A stretch of DNA of 61,435 bases, counting the filler, from Nemertoderma westbladi (Eukaryota; Animalia; Xenacoelomorpha), in the NCBI GenBank assembly GCA_032718475.1. It is 4 parts of 4 records of this genome, joined end to end, with 100 filler letters (N's around TTAATTAATTAA, not from the genome) between each part and the next. Parts side by side here need not be neighbours in the genome. Positions count along the whole stretch, not along the records: positions 43,911 to 55,546 come from JAUCBJ010006185.1; positions 55,647 to 61,435 come from JAUCBJ010003997.1; 2 more parts are not named here. One strand, given 5' to 3'. Positions 46,136 to 59,414 of the stretch are shown here, one piece after another. Position 1 is the stretch's first letter. Every line of letters begins with the position of its first letter. A program made the position numbers and the translations under genes. The notes beneath the pieces are model-generated. The model saw only the letters and a list, made by a program, of their open reading frames with translations, was not told the DNA's origin and made no database searches.

Positions 46136-46891
46136 TTTTTTGGTAATATTATACTATGAAATTCAGGACACTAGCGCTGGTTTTTCTTTTCATTATTTAT
46201 CTAAGGACATGCGTAGAACATAGTCAACCACAATAATGAACAAGAAAGGTGCAAGTGTGTCTCCTTGGAGGACGCCCCATAACACTTCAAATGGTTCTGT
46301 GTCACCGTCAACAGTAGACACAAATGTTGTCGAACCATCGTATACTGTTCACTTTTTTAAAAATCTTTTAACGGGAATCATGACTAATGTGGGGTCGCTG
46401 AATCTTTTCGTAATGTTAAGTTTTTCGATTGGAGCAAGCCTTGAGTGTCCGATTGCTGATCAAAACTGATCTTAACTGATCGCGGCCAAGATCATGATTG
46501 GGCATCTTTAAAAAAAAATTCCTGAATGTAAACCCATATGCTGCCTATCGATTGGCGCCGGTCCCGAGTCCGTAGCGTTAGCGGTTCTTGAGATAAATGC
46601 ATAGCAACGAGGTTGCTAGGGAAGCTGACTTTTTGACTCAAATTGGCTCTAGCCGGAGAACCGTTGAGATTCACGAGTCGCCGAGTTTCACTAAAAGTCT
46701 TATAATTAAATTTGGGGGGGGGGGGTCTAGGAACATTTTATTGGTGGTTTTGGCCTAGTTCTCGAGATAACCTCCAACTCTCTAAAAAAGGCTATCATTA
46801 ATTTTCCGAACCAGTTCAGCTAGAGTGCCGGCGCCGGGATCGCGGCTAGAATGATGTTAGTAGTCCTACGGACATTATACGTGTGAACTGG

Positions 46892-47399
46892 CACACCCAC
46901 ACCCACACCTACACGCCAACGTAAACTCTAAAGCCCACACCTATGCCTATGCCCACACCTACACGCCTACGTAAACTCTAACGCCCACACCCACACCTAC
47001 ACACCTACGTAAACTCTAACGCCCACACCCACACCTACACACCTACGTAAACTCTAACGCCCACACCCACACCTACACGCCTATGTAAACTCTAACGCCC
47101 ACACCTACACGTCTACATAAACTCTAAAGCCCACACCTATGCCTACGCCCACACCTACACACCTACGTAAACTCTAATGCCCACACCTACACGCCTACGT
47201 AAACTCTAACGCCCACACCTATGCCTACGCCCACACCTACACGCCTACGTAAACTCGAACGCCTACACCTATGCTTACGCCTACATCTACACGCCTACGT
47301 AAACTCTAATGCCTACACCTATGCCTACACCCACACCTACACTCCTACGTAAACTCTAACGCCTACACCTATGCCTACACCCACACTTACACGCCTACT
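46892..47399. repeat. 32-44-bp minisatellite (38-bp core)
   Basis: Tandem ACGTAAACTCTAAC-anchored units. Confidence 0.92.
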
Positions 47400-47649
47400 T
47401 GAAGGCAGGTAAACAAAACAATAACGCGTGTTGACAATTGTAGAAAACCCAATTAAATTGAGAATCAACAGTCAGATGTATTGTATAGCCCAACCGACTT
47501 ACTTGATACTTTCATTTTCATTTCATTTAATATTTATATAATATATCTTTCATCTCCACCCAAAATTCACGCAAGGATAGAAAGAAGTATAGGGAATATT
47601 ATGTAGGTAGAGGTTAGTTAGAAGGACATGCCAGATAGCCAAGATTCCC

Positions 47650-48295
47650 CGTACTTAGTTCCAATTTAAGCCTCATTTAGTTCCAATGGAAACGAATTTA
47701 GTCCCAATTTTGGCGAATTTAGTTCCAATTTAGGCAAACTTAGTTCCAATAACTGGAGAAAAACGAAAACGAATTTAGTTCCAATGCATGCGCATTTAGT
47801 TCCAATGGATGCGAACTTTTAGTTCCAATGCAAGCGAATTTAGTTCCAAAGTTTCAGGTGTGGTGCGAGCCACGTAGTTGGCGAAGAATCTGTTTAATGA
47901 CACTATTAGGTGGGTGGTTAAATAATAATTGTAAATAAATAAAAATGGCACAATGTGCATGACTTGAGTATATAATAATACAGACTCAAGTCAGTCAGCA
48001 TCAGTATACTCGAGATTAATATATATTTCTAAATGTGTAATTATACATTTAATTCATTAATAATACAGTAATTCGTTTTTTAAAAATGACAGAAGGGTAT
48101 TAAAATTATTTACAATTATTGTTGACCCTGACCCACCCCAAATAGTGGCAATACGCAATAGGCTTCGCATACTACGTCGATATCCCTACGATGGAAATAT
48201 TGGAACTAAGTTCGTACCACCCATTGGAACTAAATTTGCTTCAATTGGAACTAAATTCGCATGCATTGGAACTAAATTCGCTTCCATTGGTACTC
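47650..48295. mobile_element. MITE-like element with inverted arrays of 22-bp subterminal repeats
   Basis: (GCGAATTTAGTTCCAAT..)n at 47655-47850 versus (ATTGGAACTAAATTCGC..)n at 48199-48290. Confidence 0.65.
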
Positions 48296-48341
48296 GAATG
48301 AGGTGGAATATATCAATCTTTTATGGTCGGATAGGTGCTCA

Positions 48342-49096
48342 CTAATGTAGATTTGTTGGTTGTACTTTTCCAGGGCAAAGATCTGCTATATTGACTTTAT
48401 TCTTTTTATTTATGAGGAATGAACGAACTGTTCTTCGATTTATGAACTGGCAAATAATGGGTCTTGGAAGGTTCTTTCTAGCATTGGAGGTGCTGTCTGG
48501 CAGACGGTGGCAGGCTTCGATGGAAAGATCATTTAGAGGAGAACCACCTAATTTGTATCCAAGGTCCTCGACGAACTGGATGAGATCCTTTTCGCCAATG
48601 GATTCAGGAACTCCATTAAGTATCAAGATTATTCTTGCGCGAATATTGGTCTAGGCGATGTATTGTCGCTTCATTGACAGAACAGCGTTTGGTTAAGGTG
48701 TTGACCTCGGAGGACAGCTTTGCGTTTGTTTCCGATAGGATGTTAACTGTGGCGGAGAGTGTGTCGTATTTATCCGAAAGGAAACCCTGGCTCTTATCGA
48801 TATCGTTGATTTTTACTGAGATAGATTTGAGCATTTGTATAGTTTGCTTTGGTCGGACCTGATAGTGACGCAATTTGTTGTGTAACTGAGACCTTTAGGG
48901 AGGCTATTGCAGACTCTTGTCGCAGTAGGATAGAACGAATGTTGGATGGTAGATCGTCATCATCCTGATCTGTTCGGGATGGGGATACCAGTTCTAGATC
49001 GATGTCGGAATCCGAAGATTGGCAAGAAGCACATACTTTGTTTCTAGGGAGCTTTTCACACGTTGCCCCACACTTGGTGCATTTACCACCAGCCAT
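48342..49096 (-). pseudogene. LINE ORF1 (CR1/L2-type): Cys motif, coiled coil and RRM-like region, frameshifted
   Basis: CTKC..CASC; RLDQYSRKNNL; ILNGVPE; IEACHRL; PRPIICQFINR. Confidence 0.8.
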
Positions 49097-49559
49097 TGCT
49101 GTATTGAGTTATTGAAATATGTAGCAGAGTACTGCTGTACTGGCGCAGTACAATAGTAGGCCTACCGGTACCGCTCAGCCAGTACTGTAGTGCAGTCAAC
49201 TACTTTGACTGATCTGTTGCATACAATCCTGTTCATCAAAAAAAAAAACTTTCTACTACTAGAGCCTGACTAATACGTTACAGACCTGTAATTGCTCGTA
49301 CCACTGCCAGTATATGTTCTTCAAACCCTCCTTGTGATCTTCCAGTTTCTTGATTTGCATACGATTGCTATCCCTCAGACCGTTGAGCTTTTCCAATCTA
49401 AAATTTTTATCACCAGAAAATATGTTAATATTGTACAGGTAAATAATATAGGCCTACTGTTAGTGTTGTAGCAATTTTATCAGGAATACTCCAATATATC
49501 AAGGTTAAACCTGTCAGATACAGGAATTAACGGTTGGAAGATCCTTGAAAGCTGGTTAA

Positions 49560-50895
49560 TAATGAAAGTTTATTTGTATGAAACGTTTATTTACCATATG
49601 AACACCCGAACAATGACGAGCTTTTCTCACACTGTCTAGGTAAAATTAAAAGTACATATAAGTTGTTTTCCTTTACTTATTTGTGCATTGCTGGTGATTT
49701 CAATGCTAATGTTGGTAAAGCTTATTTTGAAGAACTTAAGACATGGTGCAGCCATAATATGTTGAAATTATGCGATCTAAATATGTTACCTGCTGATACT
49801 TTTACATATATTAGCGCTGCTCATAATACTACGTCCTGGTTGGACCATATTGTGTGCTGCGGAACTCTGGAGTCAAAAATATCAACCATGTCTGTAAGTT
49901 ATGATTGTGCTATTCATGATCACATACCAATGTGTTGTAGTTTTAATCTAGAACCTGTATTGTTTGATAGTGCTATCGATTCTGGGGGGATAAAAGTGCT
50001 AATTTTAACGCAAAAGGTCCGGTATGGGCTAAAGTTAAACCAGCTGAAATTCACTCTTTCACCAGAATTGTAGATGAAAATTTATGCTGCCAAACACAAT
50101 CTGAGAGTGTGTTAAATAAATGGCTGTACAGATTCCTCTTGTAAAGATACACGATGTAAAGGTGCTATTGATGACCTATATAACACTATAGTAGATGGTA
50201 TTGAATCAGCCAGTGATATTTCATTCAAGTACAGTAAAGAAATTTTGAAAAGAAAGGCTTTCAGCATGTTCCAGGGTGGAACGATCTAGTTAAGGAGTTA
50301 AATGTTAAATCACGAAATTCACTTACAAACTGGAGGGCAGCTGGTTCTCCTAAGCAAGGGCACATTTTTAATCAATATCAATGTGATAACGCTAATTTTA
50401 AACGAGCTTTAAGATCTTGTAAACAGCAAGAAAATAAGATCAGGGATGAAAAGATGGCTGATTCGCTTTTGTCTAATGACTCTGGTCATATTAAGGATTT
50501 TTGGTCCCATGTGCGCAGGCCCTGCGTTGATAGTTCACCCCCTCCAAATGTGGTTGGTGGCGCTGTAGCTGCTGAATAAATCAGTGGTAAGTGGCGAGGT
50601 CATTTCGGATATATTTTCAATTGTGTAAATGATGACAGTTCTAAAGATTTTGTCGAAAATTATATTTTTAACAACTTGGGTAAAGAACAATTAATATTTT
50701 CAGAATTATATATTTTTGATGTGATACATAAATTGAATACCGGTAGGGCGTGTGGACCTGACTCATTAGTTGTTGAACACTTTATTTATGGATGTGATAT
50801 GAATTTAATGCATAAACTTGCTGTGTTAATTAACACAATATTTTTACATGGTTATTTACTTGATGATTTGATTAAATGTACCACAATTCCCATTT
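49560..50895 (+). mobile_element. LINE ORF2 fragment (AP endonuclease and start of RT; RTEX/L2 group)
   Basis: IAGDFNA, TFTY...TSWLDHI, VPGWND, ACGPDSL..EHF; several stops. Confidence 0.82.
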
Positions 50896-50896
50896 A

Positions 50897-53800
50897 TAGA
50901 ATTATATTCCCTAAATGCCGTGGATTTTCAAAATTTTATTTTATTCGGATTAACTTTGTAAAGATTGCTTTGAGTTCTCATTCGTATTGGTTCTATCATT
51001 TATATGTGTAGTAGGTATCGAGTTCGAATCCTAGTAAGTGCGAATTATTTTTTGTGCAGAATTTCAACTCATTTAAATTAACCGCTACAAATTAATTGCA
51101 TTTATCTGTACCAATGAGACTGTAGTTATTTGATTGTAACCAATGTCGTGCAAGTTATATATTAGCTGGACCAATAGCTATCTTTAAAACCCTGTTAGAA
51201 CCTATAGAACAATCGAGAATTTTCTCGATTGATTGCGGCACAAATTTGCTATATAAAGGTGCGATTTGTTCATTAGTTATCAATCTTATACACTAATTCA
51301 ATCTCAATTGCTGATCTACCTTAACTTTCTGTCTTATTTCAGATTACATTGTTTATTGTATAATAGTTATTATATCCTTTGTAATAAAAGTCAGAAATAC
51401 TAGTCACATCTCAGCCCTTTTCTATCTGTTTTACTATGGATTCACTACGGTGAACAAACTCAGGGACAGGATGGCCGGCTAGAGATCGGGCCGCAGCAAT
51501 GAACGGGAACATCACGGGAATGTAGACGAGAGACAACCCGCAATACCATTTTAGAGTTATTCGCCCATCGCCTGAAAGGTTAGACAGCGTTCGATCCTTG
51601 CTACCTAAGTGTAAGACCAAAAGATCAAAAGGTAGATGTAGTGACACGCTGTAAGCCCAAAATTACATCATAGGGACTGTACTGTCTTGATTCAGGAAAA
51701 ACCCACAGTAGACCTTCATATTCCTACGGGGAGGGAGAGAGAGCAGATACTAGTACGCAGATAGGACGTAGGCACACCGGTACAAGGCATACACATTGGT
51801 TAGGGTGCAGCAAACTGTACGCTTAACTCTTGCTAAGTACAGGTGTGTGTGCGACTATTTGCAGTACGACAGTGTCCATTACATCAGAACTTGTAGGCTA
51901 GGGGGTTGCTGTGTTTTCACCTGAATTGGGATTGTACTGTTCAGGCGGTAGGGCAGTTTACACTAGGCGCAAATAAATTGAGGCTATCAGGGATATACTA
52001 ACATCTACCGTGTCCCCGCCAACGCCCTAATAGGAAGTTACCCGGACTACCTGGGTGACTAAAATTCTAGATAGGAGCCAGGATAGCTATTAGTACCCGT
52101 ACGCCTACAGTAGTAAACTAACACATCTCTTCTTAGTATCAGGGACCTGGTACCTAAAATTGCCGAATTCTGGGCGTAGTATTAACCTTATGCCTGAATT
52201 TGAGTCCTGGAAATACGCAAGAGGGGAAGGAACCTTATCATTCGTGAGTATTGGACCTACAAGTTACAAATTTAGAATATTCGTAAATGCACACTGCACC
52301 CAGTAATTATATATGTGAAGGAGCAAAACTGTTTTCGACCGTTCAGAATTAACACACGCGCGTTAGAAATTATTTACACCTCGAAATATATAAAATTAAC
52401 TTTTGTCCGTACTGTGCTTTGCCCGCTAGTTAGACATCTCCAAATATCTGCCTCTGTACCTAGCTAGCGTCCCTTTGCCCAACCATATAAATCACACCGC
52501 GGCAAAGTATACGAGCCCCTTAGTCCGTCAGTGAGTCAGCCTGATTTTAGGATTCGCTGCGCGGGATTTGTTTTATCGAAGTTTGTCTGCTCGTAGACTG
52601 TTTTCTGCCTCACCGGTTATAAGAGATCGATACTGCAATATATTCACTTACTTAGAGTTTACTGTTTTGGTGAGAAGGTCGGATTTATGATTTGATTCAC
52701 AAACTTTACAGTAGGATATTGCAGGTATTGTTACCGTCTTTTCGCATAGTAGGAATAGGCGTATCTCTTCCAATAGTAGGAATATGTTTTACTGAACTAC
52801 GGTTCGGTAGGACTAAAGTTTTTTGAAAAATTTGTATTTTGAGGTAAAAATTTGTATTTGATTAGCTAAGTGCTAATTTTTGAAATAAAATTTGATTTGA
52901 ACCGCGTGTAAAATACTTTTGGAATTGAATACCGGTGTTTAAAAAGGGTTTAAATACCATATTGTACCGGTACAAAAATTTTCGTAAAGTAAAACCTAAC
53001 TCTTTTGTTTTTCAGGATTCAGAACTCATTTCTAGACTGTAACGGGAGCAAGACCGTGTTTAGCAAGTTTGGGAGATAGATAACTCAACAACTTTGGTTG
53101 GGAAAATCGCGTTTCGTCCGCAACGTTAAAAACGGAAAGGTTCACGTCCGGTTTGTATCTGGGAATCTGTTTTTCTGGAGAATTATTGGAGTGGGTGAGT
53201 TCGAAAAGTTGCATAAATAAGTTAGGCATTACCGTATTAGCTAAAATTATTGTGGGTTCCACTGTCTCAAGTATTTATGCATTCCGTATGATTTCTTTGT
53301 TCATTGCTGAATTAGTCCGTATTATTGTATTTAATTTACCTTTTGATAACGCATATCGTTATCCGATTTATTTGTTATAAAATTGGCCGCTAGGCTAATT
53401 TTATTATATACTTATTCCGTGACATTTATTTGCTGTAAAATTGGCCGTTTAGGCTAATTTTATCCATCTGCTATAAAATCGGCCGGTAGGCTAATTTTAT
53501 AAGACTGTAATTAGTACCGTTTAGATATAAATACGGTAAACTCGATACTTTGACACTCACTTCACTTGACTTACAACTACCGAAATGAGTGACAAACAAG
53601 ACTATACGAAGAATACACCTACCGACTATGACTCGTGTGACGCGGATAAGTCAGCAGCGGAAGAACAACAGGGGAAGACTCGCGAGCCTACCGAACCTAC
53701 ACCGTGTGCGTCACCAGTACACCCAACGGGAGTACCGGATGCCGTAGTACGAGGTGACGGCAGGACCGAGGACTTTCTAACTGTTCCGCAACCTAGACAT

Positions 53801-55546
53801 AGGGAAACGGAATTGGTAAGTTCAGCAGGAAGCACAGAAAGTGTGGTTAGAAGCGTCGGAGGTTACATGGCGCATATAACCAGGAGTATTGGAGAAGGTC
53901 ATCGCATATTAGACGAGTTGACCGCTCCGATGTCTCGATTCGAGTTCTACACCCTCCAGGTTAGAGTACAAAGTAGAGTACACAAGTCCGTAGATAACCT
54001 AATTGGTCTACAAGATCTAGCTAGACAGAGACAGGACATGGATACTCAACTTAGAATCCTCGAGAAACTAATGATCGCTAGAGAGAAACTGATTCAGTTT
54101 AAGTCGACGATTAGACAGATACAACAGGAACAAGCAGACCAGTTGTTAGGTGAGTCAGTTTCGGACGAATTATTACAGCCCGAGGAAGAACAGGAACTGT
54201 ACCGACTGGATGGACAATTAAAACACCTGACGGACCACTTACGCATGTGCGGCGAAGACGTCGGCGATTTGGAAACCGTGCCGGAATACACGAGGGAAAC
54301 TTCATTCGCACAAATCGAATCGGCACCGGGAATACTAAATCAATCGCTGGTAAGTATTCGTAGCGAAATCTGCGAGGGAAGTATGGTCACGTCAGAAGTT
54401 GCTCGACAACAGCAACAGTTCTACAGACAGCAACACGAGATGGAAGAACAAGCTCAACTTCTAATGATACAAACAGCGGTAGAGGAAGAGAAAATACGTG
54501 TCGCGAATGTAGCGAGAATCTCTCATCTGCAGGAACAAGCCGAACTCGAAGCGGCCGAAATGGAAAAGTTAGAGTTGGACATTGCCCAACAAGCGGCAGC
54601 GGCCGAGTTAGCGCAACGAACGGCAACAGCCGAGTTAGAGCGACAAACGGCTGCGGCAGAGTTAGAGCGACAAACGGCAGCGGCAGAGTTAGAAAGAAAA
54701 AGATTAGTTTCGGAAGCCAGAGTCGAGATGAAGACACGGCAAATAAAAGCCCAACAAGCGATACGACAAGCAGAGTTTGAGGCGCAACAACAACAAACGG
54801 AACAACGAGAAAAGGAAGTTAAACTTCGTTTCGAACTTGAGAAAAGGGCGAGAGAATTAGCCGAAACCAAGGAAAATCTGGATCTTCTAGCCTGCGATCG
54901 ATCGATGAGATCTCGAGACGGACACGATCTAGACCAGTTAGAGGTAAGGCACCGCCAAATCCAGGAACGAATGAAGGAAGGTTTGGTAGGGGCACCTGGA
55001 CGAGAAAGACAATTAGTAAAGGACTTATGTCAAAGATTCCCTCAGGTAACTCCTATGTTTGCACCTGTTACGACTAAGGAACCTGTTTCGATTGCTGGTA
55101 GTAGTAATATTTCTCCTATCCATGGTGCGACGGAACACAGGTTTATTATTCCGGACAAGTTTACACCGCCAAGGGCAACGTCGTCGCCTATTCCGAAAGT
55201 CAAGGTAAGTAACCCACCGATTACAGATCGTAGTAGTTTATTAGTCGGACCTGCACTACTGACGACAAAACAGGTGAGTCCACCTTTGACACCTAAACCC
55301 GTTACGCACTACGATTACCCAATGACATTTCGGCCTACAAGGCCTTTGGATTCAAACGCGGTCGTCCGACCACCGTTCAATCAGTTTACGTCGCAATCTA
55401 CGACTTCGAGGAAGACTTGTGAGCCTACCGAACAACGGAGAACAATGGATACGCGACCAGTTCAGTTTACATCGCAATCTACGACTTCGAGGAAGACTTG
55501 TGAGCCTACCGAACAACGGAGAACAATGGATACGCGACCAGTTCAG
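50897..55546 (+). mobile_element. 5' part of another LTR retrotransposon (probably BEL/Pao): putative LTR ~50897-51436, long leader, gag
   Basis: The LINE is cut at ~50896. TATATAAA (51251), AATAAA (51383), PBS-like TGGATTCACTACGG (51437), then a gag-like ORF. The second LTR is not visible, so boundaries are approximate. Confidence 0.55.
53585..55546 (+). CDS. Gag-like coiled-coil protein, N-terminal part (runs into the gap)
   Basis: Uninterrupted ORF of >650 aa with GYMAHITRSI, E/Q/A-rich coiled coil, AAAELERQT repeats and an 81-bp tandem repeat at the end. Confidence 0.6.
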
Positions 55547-55646
55547 NNNNNNNNNNNNNNNNNNNNNNNNNNNNNNNNNNNNNNNNNNNNTTAATTAATT
55601 AANNNNNNNNNNNNNNNNNNNNNNNNNNNNNNNNNNNNNNNNNNNN
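55547..55646. other. Artificial contig linker
   Basis: N-TTAATTAATTAA-N. Confidence 0.97.
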
Positions 55647-56000
55647 CTGCCAGTATGCTGAACATATGTGGTCTGGAGAGTGAGTCGAAGGCTTTAAATA
55701 AGTCAACAAAGATAACAATCAGATGTCTGACTTCTTTCTTGATAACTCTTCAATTATCCTTCTAGGTGCCAAAATGGACTTCATCCTTCATGGTCCCACG
55801 ACCTTTACAGAACCCATTTTGGTTCCCCGTTTCAGTCTCTCAACAGGATCCCTGATGAAATTTAATATATTTATGTTGTATTGCTTTGCAGTAATAGATT
55901 CCATCCCGTCATAAATCTTGATGTTCATTGCTGCAACCTTCATTTCAGCAAAGAAGATGTCTCCAATGGGGATATCTGTGAGCACAGATTCAGATACACG
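55647..56000 (-). mobile_element. RTE LINE RT fragment (internally deleted)
   Basis: Same family as 1-420; IFVDLFKAFDSL. Confidence 0.85.
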
Positions 56001-56787
56001 ATGTACCTCAATGTTATAAACTTTTGAGTCTGTTATGTTACCTCAAAGTTTAGTTTTTACAGTTTCCCTATAAAGTGATACTTTATACGGTGGATATAAA
56101 AAGTTATTGTTCCAAATACCGGTAGGCCTACTGTAAATAAAATTGAATATTTGTATTAATATAAGTACTGTAGGCCTAGTTTGGTTTCATTTTCCAAAGA
56201 TCAGAATCCATTCTCATATACTGTAATTCGATTCCGTAGTAATGAAATTGCGACAACCGGATATAGAAATATAGAGAACCGGGAAGACTGGAAGGAACTC
56301 GTTTACACAGCTCGAGCACGCTCGACCTACAGTAGTTAGTACACCGGTAGTAATTACAAGTCTGTTGTTATAAGTTGTTTAAAAACGATAATAATGGTAA
56401 AAATTATATAAGATATGGAGACGCAAATTCTAACCCCCTCCAGGGAAAATAAACAAAAATAACATATGATTAAGAGCAAAAATTAAACTGTATCCTAAAA
56501 TTAGATGTGATATTATGTGCTCTGTTTTTTTTAATGGGTCGTGCTTTGCTTGTGTACAATATTACCGGGTGCTGTAGTTATGGACGTAATATCGTATCGC
56601 TATGATATATTTGTCTGGATTAAATAAATAAAATAAAACTTCTATACTTGTTAAATAAATATCACCTGGCGGATGTAAGTAAATAGAACTTCCGAAAAAA
56701 CATCTCGGTTTATCAACGATATTCAAAAAGTATTTACTGATTTGGAATCCTCGTAAAGGCACCATTTATGTAAGCGGTAACAACCTA

Positions 56788-56859
56788 CAGTGGCGTATCC
56801 AGGGTTAGTGGCGCCCCGGGGCGAGTGTCCCGGCTCGCCATGGTCTGGTTACGCCACTG
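56788..56859. mobile_element. 72-bp hAT-type micro-MITE
   Basis: TIR CAGTGGCGTA/TACGCCACTG; 8-bp TSD ACAACCTA / ACAACCCA (1 mismatch). Confidence 0.8.
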
Positions 56860-58101
56860 ACAACCCAACATGATAAGGATGAATAATAGCTCTGGGTGCA
56901 TTATTGATGGATGGGCTTTTTAAAGCTTGCAAAATTAATCTTTAACCTTCAATGTAAAATTGAAATTATTACTAATTAATTAATTTAAATATCATTTATA
57001 TAATAATAATAATAATATTATTTTATGGAAATAACAACTTATAAAACTTAACTGCACTTTATGATTTATAAGGGTGATTTACAGAAATAAAAAATACTAA
57101 TTTCTAGCATTTAAACTCATTTAGACCTCGCCCAATCAGTAGAGAAAGGAACTTTGCTTATTTATTTAAGTGGCAGCATCGGAAAAAACCCACTGGAATT
57201 CATATAGATACCGGTAAACGAATAATTGGTTTAGCGAATGTGTTAATTGGTTTTTTCAGATTACTGCCCTATAAAGGAAGATAAAGAATTAAAAAACCAC
57301 CAAAAGTAATAAATTACAAGGTTACCAGAGACCAGTTTGTGATGAAAGATAAATATTAAATATATGAAAGACAGTTAGTTTGTAGAGCTAGCTGTAGATG
57401 ATACACTGGATTGCCTTGATATATTTCTAGCCTTCTTCAGATGATGGTAGCTTGGAAGAACTTTCGACAGCAAATCGAGTTGCAGCAATTGAGGCTGAAA
57501 TTACAAGAAAAACATGTTACATAATCTTATTATAAGAAAAAAATAAAATGTATAACTGATTCATTATTTCTGTCATAATAAAACCGTTAGTTTGGAGTTT
57601 GAGTTATTATTGGATGCATTGCGGTTAAGCACAATTGGCGGGAAATTCAAAATGAATAGTCGGAAAGTAGGAAGTGGGCAGTTCACTAAATTGCAAGTAC
57701 ACCCATCCCTGCCCTACATACATTTCAGGACCCTAGTCTAATTCTTGCAGTCCGAATTACATATTTAAGTGTTTAAGTGGATAGATAAGATAGCGGTGGA
57801 GTGTTTAATCATAAACAGACAGACATACGCGTACCGGTATGTAAATTTATTTCATATATTATTTAATAAGACTTCGTTGTAGGCCTATATTTTGTGTTGT
57901 GGCTACTATAAATATCTATCAGTCTATATCTTTGTCATTTAATTTAAATTGTTGTAAATTATAAAAGAACCATGAAGTGTCGTCAGTTTTAACCCACTTT
58001 AAATTAAATTATTTAATTTATAATGTTAAAATCTTTGTAGACAAGTGACTTTAACCAGTTAACTGTTACATCAAATCATCATAAATACGTCGACATCGAA
58101 G

Positions 58102-58497
58102 ATGTTACGAATCGTAGCATCTACTACCCGGGCGCTACGGGGTGTAATCCCAACACGAACTCGCGGTTTATCCACGGATCAAGGGTACAACTTCCGCCTA
58201 ACATCGGAGCAACTCGACCTCCAGCAGATGGCCCGTAAGTTCTCTCGCGAACGCATCCTGCCCGTGGCGGCCCACCACGACCGCAGCGGGGAGTACCCGT
58301 GGGAGATTCTCCGGGAGGGTTGGCGACTGGGACTCACGGACTCGGCGATTCCCACGGAGTACGGGGGCACCGGGCTGTCTGTGGTGGACGGTTGTCTGCT
58401 AGGAGAGGAACTCAACTACGCGTGTTGCGGCATAGCGGCGGCTCTCGCGATAAACGTTGTTGCCGAGATCGCGTTGATGCTGGCGGCCAACGAACAG
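58102..58497 (+). CDS. ACADM: Medium-chain acyl-CoA dehydrogenase, coding exon 1 (includes mitochondrial presequence)
   Basis: Arg-rich leader; YNFRLTSEQ..ARKFSRERILPVAAHHDRSGEYPW; IPTEYGG; EELNYACCG; GT donor at 58498, phase 0. Confidence 0.9.
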
Positions 58498-59132
58498 GTT
58501 AATATGATTGACAGATAATGTAGCGACTAGTATAAAAGGCGCATTATCGAATGGGGGAACCTTTTAGGCTTGTTAGGGCAAGTAATGACTGTTCACCATG
58601 GAAGATCTTCCACAGTAACTTGAGTAAACCTACTCTTCCACCCTGCTCCCAAGTTGCCTTGGTTCCCATTTATCGACCATTCAAAGATGAAAGCCAGGGA
58701 TGAGCTAGGGTGTAGCTGTAGCATTTAAAGCACTGTGCCCAAATTTGGATACCCAGAATGTCACCATTAGATCAACCTGCCACTTGCGCATTATTTAATG
58801 CGCTATTTAATAAACTGTCAATCGGTTGCACAATATTAACAACATCAAAAGGAAACGATTTTCAAAATGTTTGTCTAATTGATTTTCTAAAGTGCACACG
58901 TGACACCATCTAACTCCAGAAGTACACAAAACTGGCCATCCCCATATCGTAGCAACCAGCTAAAAATAAATCAACATGTTATTTTCAATTGAAAGTTAGC
59001 TAACAAAGGGGGAAGGGGTAAATCTATAAATCAATCAAACAATAACTTTATTTAAAATTAAATAAGAATCGATCTCTATGAATATAAAATATTAATAAAC
59101 CCCTAAATCTAATAAAACCTTGTTGTTTACAG

Positions 59133-59414
59133 TTAAAGAAATCATTCCTGGGTCGAATGACTGAAGAGTTTCTACAGGCGGCGTACTGCGTTACGGAACC
59201 TTCAGCTGGTTCCGACGTGGGGGCGATACAAACACGAGCGAAGAGAGTCGGAGACGAGTTCATAATAAATGGCGCCAAACAATGGATCACCAACGGGGGC
59301 GTGGCGAACTGGTACTTCGTGTTAGCGAGGACGGACGCGAAACAGCGGACGGGGAAGGCTTTCACAGCGTTCGTGGTTGAGGGCGACACCCCCGGGATAA
59401 TTCGCGGGCCAAAG
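59133..59414 (+). CDS. ACADM: Medium-chain acyl-CoA dehydrogenase, coding exon 2
   Basis: TTTACAG acceptor in frame with exon 1; [20 protein letters not shown]; [18 protein letters not shown]; [14 protein letters not shown]. No further exons recognised in the window. Confidence 0.88.

Larger units (their letters stand above)
45006..46202 (-). mobile_element. 5'-truncated Penelope-like element with inverted pseudo-LTRs
   Basis: GIY-YIG ORF. 45007-45200 is the reverse complement of 46007-46202. Flanking duplication ATCTAAGGACA(T)GCG at ~44992-45005 and ~46199-46213. Confidence 0.9.
44124..46350 (-). mobile_element. RTE LINE 3' half, interrupted by a Penelope element
   Basis: GVLQGDTLAPFLFIIVVDYVLR (46215-46280) continues past the insertion as ...LTDLDFADD, FCYLGS, VLLYGSPCW and RLRFAGHCFR. 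Confidence 0.9.
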
